This document shows, piece by piece, positions 35,267-49,164 of a stretch of DNA of 64,000 bases. Below the pieces are notes generated by a model, which did no database searches, was not told the DNA's origin, and was given only the letters and a program-made list of their open reading frames with translations. The stretch covers positions 310,001-374,000 of the forward strand of contig NIVC01000621.1 in assembly GCA_002269645.1 (NCBI GenBank). The letters run 5' to 3'. The stretch comes from Macrostomum lignano. Taxonomy: Eukaryota. Position 1 is the stretch's first letter; each line of letters starts with the position of its first letter. A program made the translations under genes and the position numbers.

Positions 35267-37109
35267 GAATGATGTTGCAGATTAACAAACAGTTAAGTAT
35301 GATTATAAATCCTCATTGGGAAAAAATCTATACGAAAATTGCTAATTCCTACAGAAGAAAGTGTTTCATCTTTGTACTCAACGGTAGTTAAGCCATGTGT
35401 CAATACCTAAAGTACTTAGTGTCTTTAGGGCAAAAAATCAACCCCGCTTAAATTTCAAATGCTTTATTAGAAACGAATATTATTTTTCTGATTTTCAGTG
35501 GCATTTTTGAACACAAAATTTAACGATGTACATGAATTGCGAAAAAATTATGTTTAAAAATAAGATAGAGCCTAGAGGTATACCGACAGAAAAATTATTT
35601 GTATCTCGAATGTCCAGAATTTGCAAACTGTTCAAAGTAACTTTCAAGGATAATTTTAGGGCTGTATAATAAAATACACTGTACTGTGAATTCTTCTTTT
35701 AGAGGAGTTACTCAAATAATTAAAAATATATTTAAAGGCTAATTCTTCCTCGCAATCTAGCTGAATAATCTAGCAGTTTGTCTTTTCCTCACTTTTTTTT
35801 CTTTAACCTTTATGTACATAACACTGGCCTGTTCACACGCGCTCCTTCGAATTTTTTCTTGACCACATCATGGAGCTGAGATCCGCAGCTTTCATTTGAA
35901 TCAAGTTACAATTGAAACGGACTGAAATTATGTCCGCTAGAAGACATCGTAGCAAGGGTATATGTTGCTAAAAGACTACCTACCAATTCTTAAACCACAG
36001 TTTCCACAGTGTAGCATGGAAAAATAGTGATGATTCATAAAAAAATAGCGCAGCATACAAGTGAAGATGACAAATACGAGCTCATAGCAATTTCAGAGTA
36101 TCCTATTTTCTAAACTTATAATGCAAAGTACTGCTATATATCTTTTTTAATAATGATGGTTTTGGGTTTTGAGGTTAGGGAAGGACTCGACTCTAACAAA
36201 TACAAAAAGCCCTTTTGTAATCGCTAGCCTACGTGCCCCCTTCATCCTCCGTATTCGATTCAATGCAGCTGACTGTTTTGTGGGAGGGGGATTCACAAAC
36301 TCAAAACTTCACAACGTCGGAAACCGCTGCGTGGTTTATGTTAATTAGGTTTCATGTGCAGAGATCTTAAACTACATAACAAATAAAGATACAACATTAC
36401 TAAATAACAAGCAATGCGAAAGGAAGCACTAACAATAAAAACAGTGCTATTGGAACTAAACCATGATGCCAAAGTGAATTTTCATTGTATATTTTCTTCA
36501 GTCTTAGTACCTCACAAGCTTCTATAGAAGCGAAAGGAATCCATGGGTGGGGTTATTTATATCACAACAAAGCAATGCCTTGCATGAAATCTTAAACGAA
36601 TAATGTTGTTAAATTTGTTGAAGTGAAAACAAAAAATGACAAAAATGTTTTAATTTTGTACTAACAGTAGTCTGGAACTTTTGTACGAGTAGTAGAAAAC
36701 AACACATTTTCTATCCAATTTTAAATAAGTAAGACATGAGTTTTAAAATAACAATACTTAAAGAATATTTTTTGCAGCACATAGAAGAGAATAATGGACG
36801 GAAACGTAGGCAATGAAGTGCAATATAGAACTAAAAGAAAATTTACTCAATATAGCTGCAGCATCTAGTTGTTGTCTAGCATTAGACATTAACAATATAA
36901 ATTTATCTAACAGAACACAAGACAAACTATCAAAATTACTTTCCCTGATAGTAAATTAAATCATTTACACGAGATAAGCAAAACATTAACAAACAAGATC
37001 AATTACTCAACACAGTCGGTCCTACTTATAATAGAGACACGCTCAAGAGATTAATGATTTCATCGGTAGTACAAATCAATGTTGTTATTCTTTTTAAATA
37101 TTCATTACA

Positions 37110-39045
37110 TCAAGGCTGCCTGCACAGGAATCTCTGCTGCCGATAATTGATTAGATTCTGCTGCTGCAGGTGTCGATGCGGATGAAGCGGCAGTGGCGGC
37201 GGCGGCGGAGGCTGAGACAGAGTTGGTGGGAACACCGCCTGCGGCTGTTTAATTTTCACAACTCCCGATGCAGAAGCTCCAGTCCCGGCAATTCTGGTTG
37301 GCGATTCGAACGCGGCTCGATCAGTTCGAACTCGTTCGAGCATGCCGAGCAGCTTCTTGATGGCGCCTTGGGTGAACTGCTCCGCCTCTAGCGTGTCCCG
37401 GTCTAAGTTGAGCAACTGCTCAAAGCTGTACTTTCTGAGCCGATCAAAGTACTTGTGCATACGATGAGTTTTTAGCCAAACAAGCAGCTTCCATTGATAG
37501 TCCGGCTGCCTGTAAGGTTAGTAAAGCCAGCAATGCTTGGATCACAATTCACTGGTGGTATGACATTGCTAGCAAGCCTATCTTAAGGACCCCTGAGCAT
37601 GCATATGGATATGTACAGCGAGAATTAAGTTTCTAAATAGCCAATAGGTTAACCCAGGGTTACATTGTCGTGAGAGTCTTGATTCATTAACTAAAGCACC
37701 AACCCGAACGAAGTGCTTCGAGCTCGCTCAACATCGAACGGTCCAATGCTGGAGCAGCTGGCATTGCTGCTACTGCTGCTACTGCTGTTGCTGCTGCTGC
37801 TACTGCCGTTGCGAACTTGCAGAGCATTATGGTTGCCATGGTTACCACCAACGCTAAGACTTTGAAAGTGAAGTGCCAGGCCTGGAAAAAAAGCGTTTTG
37901 GCTTTGCATGAATAAATGTGGCTGGATATAATCTGCGCATAAAATTATGTTAATCAGGTATCGTTGGAAAATCAACAGCAATATAGGACAATACGCTGAG
38001 CCCATAACATTTTTATGAAGACTTATTTAGTAGGAACTATTCATCCATCAGGCAATGCTTTATAATGCATCTATTTAGTGAGGGACTACGTCTGCGCATA
38101 CATAAACAGCTAATTTTCTCTGGCTCTCTGTATCGACTTTCAATCCGAGTTCTCGGTTTACCTACTAATGCCTCTTAAGAAACAACTGTATACGGAACCA
38201 AAAGCATGTGACTGCTGCGAAAATTAAGCCACGAGAGCGTGTGCGTGTGTGAGCTTAAATAGGAGGCGCACTGTAATTGCAGTTTGCCTGTGAATGAAAA
38301 GCAAGGAAGTTGTTAAGAGAGGGGGAGGGGGCTTTTTCTTCACAGCCTCTCAGTTCTGTTTTCTTTACTTTTTTGGCTTGATTTGCAAGCATAGGCGGGA
38401 AAGTTGTAAGCAAACACACCTCTCACTCATTCATCGACAAGCGTACGATGCGCAGTTATATATTGGAACTAAATATGGCTCAAGGCATGGCTCTATAAAA
38501 CTTTTTGTCCGCCTAAGACTCTTAGGAACATATTGAAATCATCTGTATGCCTGATGCCCGCATGAAGCATATAAAAAAGTTGCAACAAAGTGGAGCAACA
38601 AAAAAGTTGAGTAGTTAAAAAAATGGTGTTTTACAAACATTTTTACGTCGATTGTCTTTTGTAAATCAAGCGACTGAATAAAATTCTAGTGCTCAAGTTC
38701 CACTCCTTATCTTTCTGTGGATTCGTCAGACACCAAGCCATGACCTACATTTAACTTGAATACTAGTGACTAGTGAACTGACTAACCAGCAAGCTGCTGT
38801 TGTTGAGCAAAGAATGCAGCTGCAGCTGCTTCGGCCGCAGGCGAAGGTACCGGTGCCTGGTGATGCTGCTGCTGCCTCTGATGATGCTGCTGCTGCTGTT
38901 GAAGCATCAACGGAAAAGCAAAATATTGTGGCGGAGGTGGCGGTGGAGGCGGATGCGGCGCTGGGGCGTTAACCGCATTAGGCGGAATCGCCGTGTAGTG
39001 ATAAAGCAGGTGGGGTCCCATCGGGTGATAGTACTGGACTTGCAT
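37110..39045 (-). CDS. SAM-domain protein of Smaug/SAMD4/Vts1 type with Q/P/A-rich N-terminus (~278 aa, 3 exons)
   Basis: Exons 39045-38787, 37881-37704 and 37509-37110 join in phase (837 nt). WLKTHRMHKY...SFEQLLNLDRDTLEAEQFTQGAIKKL resembles the Smaug SAM (WLKSLRLHKY...LEAQ.VTKGA). Confidence 0.75.
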
Positions 39046-40749
39046 AGCGAAGTTGTTCTTTCTTAGGCCAACTTAAGCGAGCTAATGCCTTAGACTGGTG
39101 CGAGAAGTCGACCTCTGCGGCTGATAACCGTCGGTTGAACTAAGTAAATGACTCCTCTGTTTGCTGAACTCAAGGCAGAAAAAAACTTTTACAACTCTCC
39201 TCGGTACAAAGTAAATGTCAACCAGCAAGGTCTCTTTTAGTAGAAGAATCCAACCACAAGAAAGCGCCAGGCGTAGGCGCCTTATAAGTTGATTAATGCC
39301 GTGTAGGAATGTCTAGGCGGGGGGGGGTGGCCGCGGTAAGAGAGCGCCACAGCTTTTCTCTTCTTTACAGAGGCTTGGTGACTCAGCTAAAAACGTCGTC
39401 AATTGGTTCTGCTACAGTCTGACCCCTGCAACCTCTGCATGCCTCTAAGCAGACTTTGGCAGTTGAATGAAATAGCCAATAGCTTCTTAGTTAAAGTCTC
39501 TATTCGCATTCAGAAAACGTGAATGGTCTTCTACTTTAGTAAAGTCTCTCTCTTGTCTTATTTTACGCTTCTGTGCTCACTCTGGTGAATGAAAATGAGT
39601 GAAGATAAATAATTGTGCAGAATTTCTCAACCTATTATATAGAACTGCATTCGGCACAAGAGTAGATAGCCGTCAAACAGGGTGCGCGGCAAATTCGGTG
39701 CGTGCACATTTGCCAGCGCTAGATGAATGAAATGGCACTGGCTCTGATCTGGCTGGCGTGCCTGCCAGTTAGTAAAATAGAGCAGAGTAGAGTAATAGAA
39801 CTCGAAAGAAAAGCTTTGTTTACAAGTATTTCTGCTGCCGCAAAGGTCGATAGAACCCACCCATTCACCGAGCGTCTAATCTGAGTATTATTCGGGTCGC
39901 ATTTTGTCAGCAGATATTAGCACAATAAGAGCCTTGGTAACTACAAAGCAGTCAGAATAGTCAAAGAAAAGATTACTTTAGAGAGAGAAGAGCCTAGAAA
40001 AAAAAAGAAAGGAAAATAAAAAGACCCCGATAGAGAGACCGAGGAAATGCAAGCAGGTGCAATAAATAAATTTTCTGTTGGTTTTGTGCACTGCACAAAT
40101 GACTTCAAAGCCATTATAGCTGGGCTGCATGCATTTGGAATTCTAGTATGAGGCGTGTTTTTTAAAAAAATTGAACTCCTAAAACCTATGTACGAACGGA
40201 GTTCGCGCAAACTCAAATGCTTAGCAAGTGTAAGATTTGAACTGAGGCATGAAAAGTTAATACACAATAATCGTCCTTCTCAGTCTTAACTTAAGAACAG
40301 GGGGAAAGCTACTTTCCTGACATTTGAGATTATTGCTTGACTGCAAATTGGCAGCCATCCGGGAGAGGTCATCAGAGGTCTATGTAAGACTATCTTTCCT
40401 GGAATATCCTGCGGCACTACGTTGGCGCTAAATTATGGTCTGCGCGACTCTTGTTTCAATGAAAAGTTGATTTCAATTCAAGCTTTGATTCCGGCAGGGG
40501 TCGGTCCACAATGCTTCTCTTTTTTAGTCCTCGGGACCTTGGGTCCTTTGAAACTTCACAATAGCACTGCGGCTTGCTTGACGTCTGTTTGTATCTCTTC
40601 TCTACTCTCTCTTCTCACCTTATCTCTAATGTCTCCTAAACTAATTTCCTAAGCAATGCATTCAAAACCTAACATTCCCGAACTAGATTGATTCAACGCA
40701 CTATACTTTCAAGACTTATTCAAGCAACAGTGCAAATGTACTCACTGCA

Positions 40750-41400
40750 ATGCAGAGACTATAAATTCACAACGAACGTATTTAAGAGAAAAATTTATTG
40801 CCTTTCTACAGTATCTAATACTAGCACAACTTCTATAGATATTCATTCTAGCTGGAATAAACGACAGCGAGGCACCACTAGTAACAATTGAGCTTGCAGC
40901 CCAGACCCCGCCAACTAATTCTTTGGAAGACCGCATGAAAAGACGCAAGTATAGAACGGGTGGGTAACTTAGTAGCAACTTACTAGCTTTGAGACGGCTA
41001 GGGTGAGCCATTTTTTCCAAGAGCCACTCCCTAACAGACAATGCACAGCGCACTCAGCACAATATAGATCACAAAGCGACACCCAAACTCAACCTTTTGG
41101 CTACTAACTAACTGAGAGGCCTCGAATTCAGACACAATGGATACAGATATAAAATACGATTAGATACTTAATGCTTAGCTAACAATAAACAATGAAAAGC
41201 TTCGAAAGAAACTATTCTGTCTTAAAGCAAGTTCCACAATCATAATAACTAAAGCTTGAGAAAATAGAGACCCAGCCACCTAGAAAATGCTAAGTTCGAT
41301 CTGGCTAAAGCTTCAATACGAACTTAAGAACCAACTGCCAGGCATTTTTTCACTCTACTCAGACTCGATTCTATGTTTTCTTGTTTTTTTTCTGACTTTA
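40750..41400 (-). mobile_element. Highly decayed RTE-like retrotransposon remnant
   Basis: AHPSRLKASKLLLSYPP resembles the post-RT region of RTE elements; upstream frames are only faintly RT-like with many stops. Confidence 0.35.
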
Positions 41401-43504
41401 AAGGCTACAAAGCTATCAGCTCAGCGCTAATAAAACTATTGCTCCACTTGTCCACAGAAGCAAATTCATATGCTACATATTGCATAGATAACAACAGTAC
41501 CACAGAAAAAGTAAGTTGCACATTGGCAAAAAATTTGAGTCCTAGATGAAAAAATTGCTGAACAAAGTGATCACTTTCTTTCTTATACAATGAAAAAGCA
41601 CATCTTCAGACTTCCTGAATAAATACAAAATACAGACCATTTACACTGCTCCTTAATAATACTGTACTACTCATAGTAGCATAATATAGCACAATAGCAT
41701 ATAGCAGGATAATGGAGGCAATGTAACTTAAAGTAAATCTCAACATATTACTTAAGTTACAATTTACATACTACACTAATGATAAGTAGCACAAATTACT
41801 CACAAAAACAGTTCAATATCTATTTTATTAATTTTAAAAAGCCTAAAAAATACAGAATACAAAAGTACACTCTTGTATTGTTTGGTTAAAAAGACATTTA
41901 TATAGTGCATAAAATATTACTGAACTCATTATCTATAATAGATGTCTAAAATTTATTAGAATAGATTAGATAATATCTAATCTCTAGGCCCTCTATTAAT
42001 TACCAGAGTCCAAGATTATAGATACAAAATAAACAAGATATATATGCTTTTAGAAAAATAATTTCATAACTCTCTATATCTATGGTATAAGTTTCATTTG
42101 CTTCTGTTTATATCTACTCTATATATATCTAGTCTCATTGTCACTGAAGAAGACATTTGAACTTTTTTACTGTTTTCTGGTGCTCTATATGCAGCATCCA
42201 AGTTTCTATTTATCTATTGAGATGCAGTATCCCATTGCAGTTAAGGAGGCATAACTTTTGAAAAGTTTGTGATATTTTCAAATTTTCACTGTCATTTGTA
42301 AGTAAAGCTGCTATGAAATAGATCAGTTGCTATTACTCTTGCTGACTGTTAAAAAGAGTCCAAGTCATGTGAAAGACTTTTGGACACTAATCATAAGATA
42401 TGTTCTAGACATATGCAATTTATAGAAGCAACTTTGTCACATATCAAAAAAATATATAAGCCATTGGCTTTGACTAGAAATTGTTATAGAAGTAAAAAAT
42501 ATTGCAATACTTTTTACACATTAGAATGTTATAGCCAATTTGTATTGAACTTTTGTCTAAAGGTCACTAAAGTTGATTGTGTATTTTTTATGTTGAATAT
42601 TTCTACAAGTCTAGCAAGTCAGATAGCTTGTCTAATTCCTTAATTCTTTTGTTTATTTTAGTCAAAATACTCATTAACTTTTTTATTTGTTATAGTAATT
42701 TAATGTCTTCAAAAGTCAATTTGAATTTCTATTGTATTCAAGTGGCTTGATTGTCTTTTTTGCTTATCTATTAATTTCATGTTTATTTTATATTAGGCAT
42801 CAAAGTTAAAGCTCAAGCTTATACAAATAAGCAAATATTTTTACAAATTATCAAAGTGAAATAAATGCAAATTTTGATTGATTGCAATTGGAATATTGGA
42901 TAAAGATAATATTGATTAAATTGATAGATTTCAGCTTGAAGGAGAGTATATATGATAGATTGCAAGGGGATTTTAATGAAAATTAGTTTCACAAAGAGTA
43001 TTTTGATAGATTTCACTTAGAAAAAAATATTATTTTAATGGATCCTTGTTTCATGGAAAGGATTTTAATGAATCCTTGTTTCAAAAAGATGATCTTGATG
43101 GATCTTATTTCATTTGAAGGGCAATCCAAAAATATAGAAAAGAGGCAATTGCTATCTATTCTTCTATTTAGGGCTAGTAGACAGTACATTGTGACAGAGG
43201 GGCTGCTACTTGTGACTAAACTGAACTTTTACTGCTATTGAGAATGGCCTGTTCCATCCATCTTGAGGTGCATCCCTATCCCTGACAATGTTGTCATTCT
43301 TGTTCCCAGGTTTGGTCCCTTTCTGTCCTATGCATGATTGGGTTCCCTCCTTTCCCTGGCCCACTGCCCAGTTTTTTCTTTTGATTTTGTTTTTCTGTGC
43401 TATCCTGTGGGATTTTTTGTTGTTTTCTATCTGTGGGCTGTAATGCCCTAGAGGCTAGAGCCCTATTGCCCATTTGTTATTCATCCTTTCTTATCCCTTG
43501 GGCC

Positions 43505-43768
43505 CATACATGTGCAACCTCCAAAATTTGGTCGGCCATGCAACTTAGTTTTAACAAAAATGCGACGTAGTTTTTAGCCAAAAATGCGACTTACATGTAA
43601 AAAAACCCTAACGCAAAATAAACGCAACTTTGGGTAAACGGCAGGAGTAACTATGACTGTCTTATTAAGTCAAAATCCTCGTCAGCTACTTAGTACTACT
43701 TGGCATTTTTTCGGGTGGGCATTTTTGCAACTTCCTTGGCCGACTTGGCCGACTGTTGCGCATGTATG
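43505..43768. mobile_element. hAT-type MITE (264 bp), copy A, with a 28S rRNA-derived insert
   Basis: TIRs CATACATGTGCAAC / GTTGCGCATGTATG; perfect 8-bp TSD CTTGGGCC at 43497-43504 and 43769-43776. Confidence 0.9.
43632..43695 (+). other. ~65-bp 28S rRNA-derived fragment (helix 69 region; R2/I-PpoI target region)
   Basis: GGGTAAACGGCAGGAGTAACTATGACTGTCTTA...CCTCGTCAGCTACTTAGT versus the conserved LSU sequence GGGTAAACGGCGGGAGTAACTATGACTCTCTTAAGGTAGCCAAATGCCTCGTCATCTAATTAGT. Confidence 0.85.
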
Positions 43769-44869
43769 CTTGGGCCCCTTGTCTAAAAGTTGTTTTCGCT
43801 TAAACTATTTATATGCTTGACCTACTAGTTAATTTAAATTTTAAAAAGCCTTCTAGCCTTTTCTTTTTCCTCACCTATTTCTACTTACCTAACTTGCATT
43901 TAACATACTATTCATTGTTTATCTGTTTAGCCCTTTGCAACTACAACTCCTTTTTAATTAGCTAACACCCCGCTACTCTGCTGGATTTAGTCTTGATTTG
44001 TAAGTGTTGCCAATATAACCTGCTCTAATATTCAGCATTACTTAACCAGCTTCTACAATCATAATTGTCTATTTAGGCATATTTATTTATTGATCAATAG
44101 GCCAATAGCCTTCTTTAGGTCTTTTGGTTTTGCTTATGCAGCATAAAAAAACAATTGTTCTCAACTCTATGTGAGCTCTGAGACATTAATGTTTTATCAT
44201 ATGTAAATTACAATGATGGCAGTGCTACTCTACTATAAGTAAGCATCTGAGCAAATCAAAATGCATTGAAACTTTGGTGTCAAAGGACCTAAATTGAATG
44301 ACTATGCCTAACAAAAACTGCTTGACTACAATTACGACTACCCTCCCCCCTAGAACTAAGGACCTGGCAAATGGAGTATTTAGGAGAAAATTTGTTGAGC
44401 TTTGACAGTGCAATTTGCTAGCTTTATTTGTGAATTTAATGCAGGCAGCAATTTAATTTTGCTTAACTGCCCAACTATTAAAGATTTTGTTTTTTCTCCA
44501 CCTTTATCTCAATTGTACATATAGGCTATATAATTAGTTTAGTTTTAAATTAAAGCTTTTATTAGAAAATTAAAACTGCTAAAATAGGTCCTTTATTTTT
44601 TAATTGGTATACATTTATTTAGCAGTGGCGTGTATTATTTTGAAGAATTCTGGCATGACTTTAGCATGATCTAGACTATGGGTTCAAATGATGAGCCACT
44701 TTTTATACTTACCATACAGACTTACTACTATCTTAGTTTTTGGGACTTCTTGAACTTTAGGTAGATAAAAAAGTTGCAGTTTTGATAGGATCATAATTTT
44801 GTCTCTATAGAGGTTTTTGATAATGCTAATTTCAAATTTAAGCTTCATTTTTTTGTAGCTCAAAGCCAA

Positions 44870-45010
44870 CCACTGGGGCATGGGAAATGGGGGGGTTAAG
44901 GATGGGGAAAATCTTCATGGGGATTAATTTTATATACTAAACTTTAATAGAGGCATGGAGGTCAATTGAAGATTAAGTATATAAAGTTAGAGGCTAAGGG
45001 GGGAAGAAAA
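44870..45010 (+). repeat. Dispersed repeat family; other copies at ~48335-48430 and ~61345-61440
   Basis: Shared CCACTGGGGCATGGG.AATGGGGGGTT...CTAAACTT(C/T)AATAGAGGCAT. Confidence 0.7.
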
Positions 45011-45149
45011 ATCTTTGGGAATGGGGTGGGGACAGGGGGGAGGATAAGGGAAGGGCTGACAACTATTAACCACCAAGGCATAGAGAAAGGGGGTTTTAGG
45101 ATAGGGAGAATCTTTATAGGGATTGACTAGCAATCTACGCCCCCCGTTG

Positions 45150-46260
45150 GGGAGCCAAAGAAATGCAATACACGTTTTTTTAATAAGCTACATGTATCCT
45201 TGAAATCTTAAAAAATATCCTGTCAAAACTTATAAGCCTTGACATGTCAGTAATTTCCCCCCCCCCCACAAGCTTTAACATATCAACTTCCCCCCTTGAC
45301 ATCTCAGCAATGCCCCCAATAAGCCTTGGAAATCTAAAAATATCTGTCAATCTTCTAACCCTAACCCTAGCCTAACCCTAACCCTAACCCTAACCCTAGC
45401 CCCTAGCCCTAACCCTAACCTAGCCCTAACCCTAACCTAACCCTAAAGCATTTACATTTCAGTAATTCTCTCTAAGAGTCATTATAGTACTACTACAGCA
45501 TTATAGCGATTCCCTGCAAGCCTCGACATCGTAGGGATTCCCAAATGCATCTCTTCACTTCGACATGAAGCTTCTTTTATTTTTTACATTACGCTTTTTT
45601 TATCAGCGATCCCTCCCCTGAGGAGGCATCAAATAATGTAATAAAAAGTTTTCAATAAACTACATGTAGCTTCTGACTTTAGCCTTGAAGTCTCATTTAT
45701 ACCCCCGTGAGCCTTGACATGTCAGCTATTCCCCCCGTAAGCCTTGACATGTCAGCGATGGCCTCCATAAACCTTGAAATTTAAAAAACCCCCCGTTAAC
45801 CTTGAAACCCGATAAAATCTAACCCTCAACCCAAACCTGACCTAAACCTAACTTTAACCCAACCTAAAGTCTTAAAATCTCAGCAATTCTTCTTCCCTAA
45901 GCCTTGACATTTTAGTGATTCCTTCTTTAAGAATCACAGCACTATAACGATTTCCACCAAGCTTTGACATCGTAGCAATTCCCAAAGGAATCTTTTAACT
46001 TTGACATGACTCTTCTTTTATGTATACATAGTGCTACTTTTATTTTTTACACGACTCTTCTTCTATCAGCCCCCCCCCTGTGACGAGCCAACAAAGAATG
46101 TAATATAAAAATGGAGTAAAGTACATGAACTTTGAAGTAGCTTCTGACTTTTGCTTTGACATCTCAGAAACCCCACTCCCATAATCTCAGTTATTCTCTG
46201 TGAGCCTTGACGTCTCAGTTTTTCTCCCTAGCCCAGCACTATAGCTTCATTTAATTTTTA
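45150..46260. repeat. ~2.5 tandem copies of a ~430-bp unit containing an internal telomere-like tract
   Basis: Repeated blocks AATAA(G/A)CTACATGTA, GCCTTGACATGTCAG and CATCGTAG...ATTCCCAAA at ~45180/45655 and ~45500/45940. Confidence 0.7.
45355..45445. repeat. Interstitial (CCCTAA)n telomere-like repeat, ~15 units; decayed homologue at ~45818-45870
   Basis: CCCTAA units with CCCTAG variants. Confidence 0.9.
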
Positions 46261-46264
46261 CATG

Positions 46265-47730
46265 ACACCTTTCATGTCTGACATGACGCTTCTTTTATTC
46301 TACCATGATGCTTCTTAGTTTTTTTAATGACACTTTCATTAGTTTTTAATGATGCTTCTATGACTCTTTAGATGACGCTTCGATGATTGTTTACATGACG
46401 CTTCTATGATTTTTTTAAATGACGCTTCTATGATTTTTTACATGACGCTTCTATGCTTTATACATGACGCTTCTATGATTTTTACATGACGCTTCTATGA
46501 TTGTTGACATGACGTTTCTATGATTTTTTACATGACGCTTCTATGATTGTTTACATGACGCTTCTATGATTTTTTTAAATGACGCTTCTATGATTGTTTA
46601 CATGACACTTCTATGATGGTTTATATGACGCTTCTATGATGGTTTACATGACGCTTCTATGATTTTTTACATGACGCTTCTATGATTTTTTACATTATGC
46701 TTCTATGATTTTTTACATGACGCTTCTATGATTGTTTACATGACGCTTCTATGATTGTTTACATGACGCTTCTATGATTTTTTTAAATGACGCTTCTATG
46801 AGTTTTATATGACGCTTTTATGCTTTTTACATTACGCTTCTATGATTTTTACATGACGCTTCTATGATTGTTTACATGACGCTTCTATGATTTTTTTAAA
46901 TGACGCTTTTATGATTATTTACATGACACTTCTATGATTTTTACATGACGCTTCTATGATTTTTTACATGACGCTTCTATGATTTTTTACATGACACTTC
47001 TATGAATTTTAGATGACGCTTCTATGATTTTTTTAAATGACGCTTCTATGATTTTTATATGACTCTTCTATGATTGTTTACATGACGCTTCTATGATTTT
47101 TTACATGACGCTTCTATGATTGTTTACATGACGCTTCTATGATTTTTTTAAATGACGCTTCTATGAGTTTTATATGACGCTTCTATGCTTTTACATGACG
47201 CTTCTATGATTGTTTACATGACGCTTCTATGATTGTTTACATGACACTTCTATGATTTTTAAAATGACGCTTCTATGATTGTTTACATTACGCTTCTATG
47301 ATTGTGTACATGACGCTTCTATGATTGTTTACATGACGCTTCTATGATTTTTTTAAATGATGCTTCTATGATTTTTAACATGACGCTTCTATAATTGTTT
47401 ACATGACGCTTCTATGATTTTTTTAAATGACGCTTCTATGAGTTTTATATGACGCTTCTATGCTTTTTACATGACGCTTCTATGATTGCTTACATGACGC
47501 TTCTATGATTGTTTACATGACGCTTCTATGATTGTTTACATGACGCTTCTATGATTGTTTACATGACGCTTCTATGATTTTTTACATGACGCTTCTATGA
47601 TTTTTTTACATGACGCTTCTATAATTGTTTACATGACGCTTCTATGATTTTTTTACATGACGCTTCTATAATTGTTTACATGATGCTTCTATAATTGTTT
47701 ACATGATGCTTCTATGATTTTTTACATGAC
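46265..47730. repeat. 22-23-bp minisatellite (~60 copies)
   Basis: Unit ACATGACGCTTCTATGATTGTTT / ...ATTTTT. Confidence 0.97.
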
Positions 47731-49164
47731 GCCTTTTGTCCTTTATTTGTCTTTGAATAAAATCTTTCAATAAAAAAACTTTTCACTACTAAGATTCGAA
47801 CCCAGGTCGCTGCATTTGCTGTCCAGTCTGTTCACATCTAGGCTAGCTCTTAACGAATTTATAAATGAAATTGTAGCACTTATATAATTCAACACTCACT
47901 CACGAAGCAGTTATGACATAATCAATTTCTTAGGCAAGTCAGTATCAGTCTCAATTAAAGTTGAGAATATGGTTACGCAATCTAAATCAAGTCTGGTGCT
48001 ATGCTTCCACACTGCATTTTCAATACTGTGACGCAATTCAAGCTGGAGTTACAATTCAGTTATGATGCAACCTATTTCAGAATCAGATTCAACCAGTCAG
48101 TTTTTTCTCTTAGCATTCTTACAATGCATTTCAAGTCGAAAAGTTTGCTTGACCTTTGCAAAAAAGCATGTTTTTCAAATATTTAATGCCTTTAGCATCG
48201 AGCAATTTCTTAGCCACAATGCATGTACCGTCACGGGAAAATTTCTGATCGAACAGTGCAAGTCTCATGAAAATCGGTCCATCCATTTTTTCTCTAATCG
48301 ATTGCGTACAAACAAACAACTCATTTTTAGTATATAGGATTTTATATACCTAGTCCTAAACTTCAATAGAGGCATAGGGGTCAATTGTAGATTAGGTAGA
48401 TAAATTTGGAGACTGAAGGGGTCTAGGGGAGAATTGTAATGAAGCTTAAATTAAAAATCCAGCAAGTTATCAAATATCTCCATGGAGAAAAAATTATAAT
48501 CCTATCAAACTAATTGATATTAGCAGCTGTAGTTACCTTTAGAATAGAAAGACAATGCAGATTAGTAGAAGTAAGTATAGGTAAACAAGTAAAGAATGTA
48601 TAGTAAGGCTAGTCATAACCATGAGAAAATGATAATAAATCAAAAGCGGAAGGTCAATAGCAATAGCAAACCATGGGTCAGCATTTTTTTAAAAACACTC
48701 ATCTGACATGGTAGTCTCTCTGCACTATAACAAATTAAGTAAAGAAAAATTAGGAGACACTCTTTTTATTGGACTTAAAAATCTAACCTAAATGTTTTTT
48801 AAATGAATTTGTTAAACTGTAAAAAATATTTACATTTGAAGGTCATGTCTTATGATTCTAAAAAAATTAATTTTCAAGGACACAATATTCTCCAAAACTG
48901 CTTGCATCAAATTATTACTAATTATATAGGGATTAACAAACTAAGGTCCTATTAACTTAGAAAATATTTTTGGCAGTTTTTTCTTTTTGCTTTATTATAA
49001 TTTTGGATAGCTCTAAGACTCTGGCAAAAGTTTAAAAGTATTTTATGTACCTAAAGTTAAAGAAGTCTATTTTTTAACTAAATTGTTGATTAATATACCA
49101 ATAATTTCCTAAATTTCAATATATGATCCTTATAAATACAATTTGACTTGACTATTTGTATTAG

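Noticed and set aside
43632-43695. rRNA gene call
   Set aside because: Only ~65 bp matches; it is mutated and enclosed by TIRs and a TSD.
45355-45445. Chromosome end or fusion site
   Set aside because: Short, degenerate, single orientation, and part of a duplicated unit.
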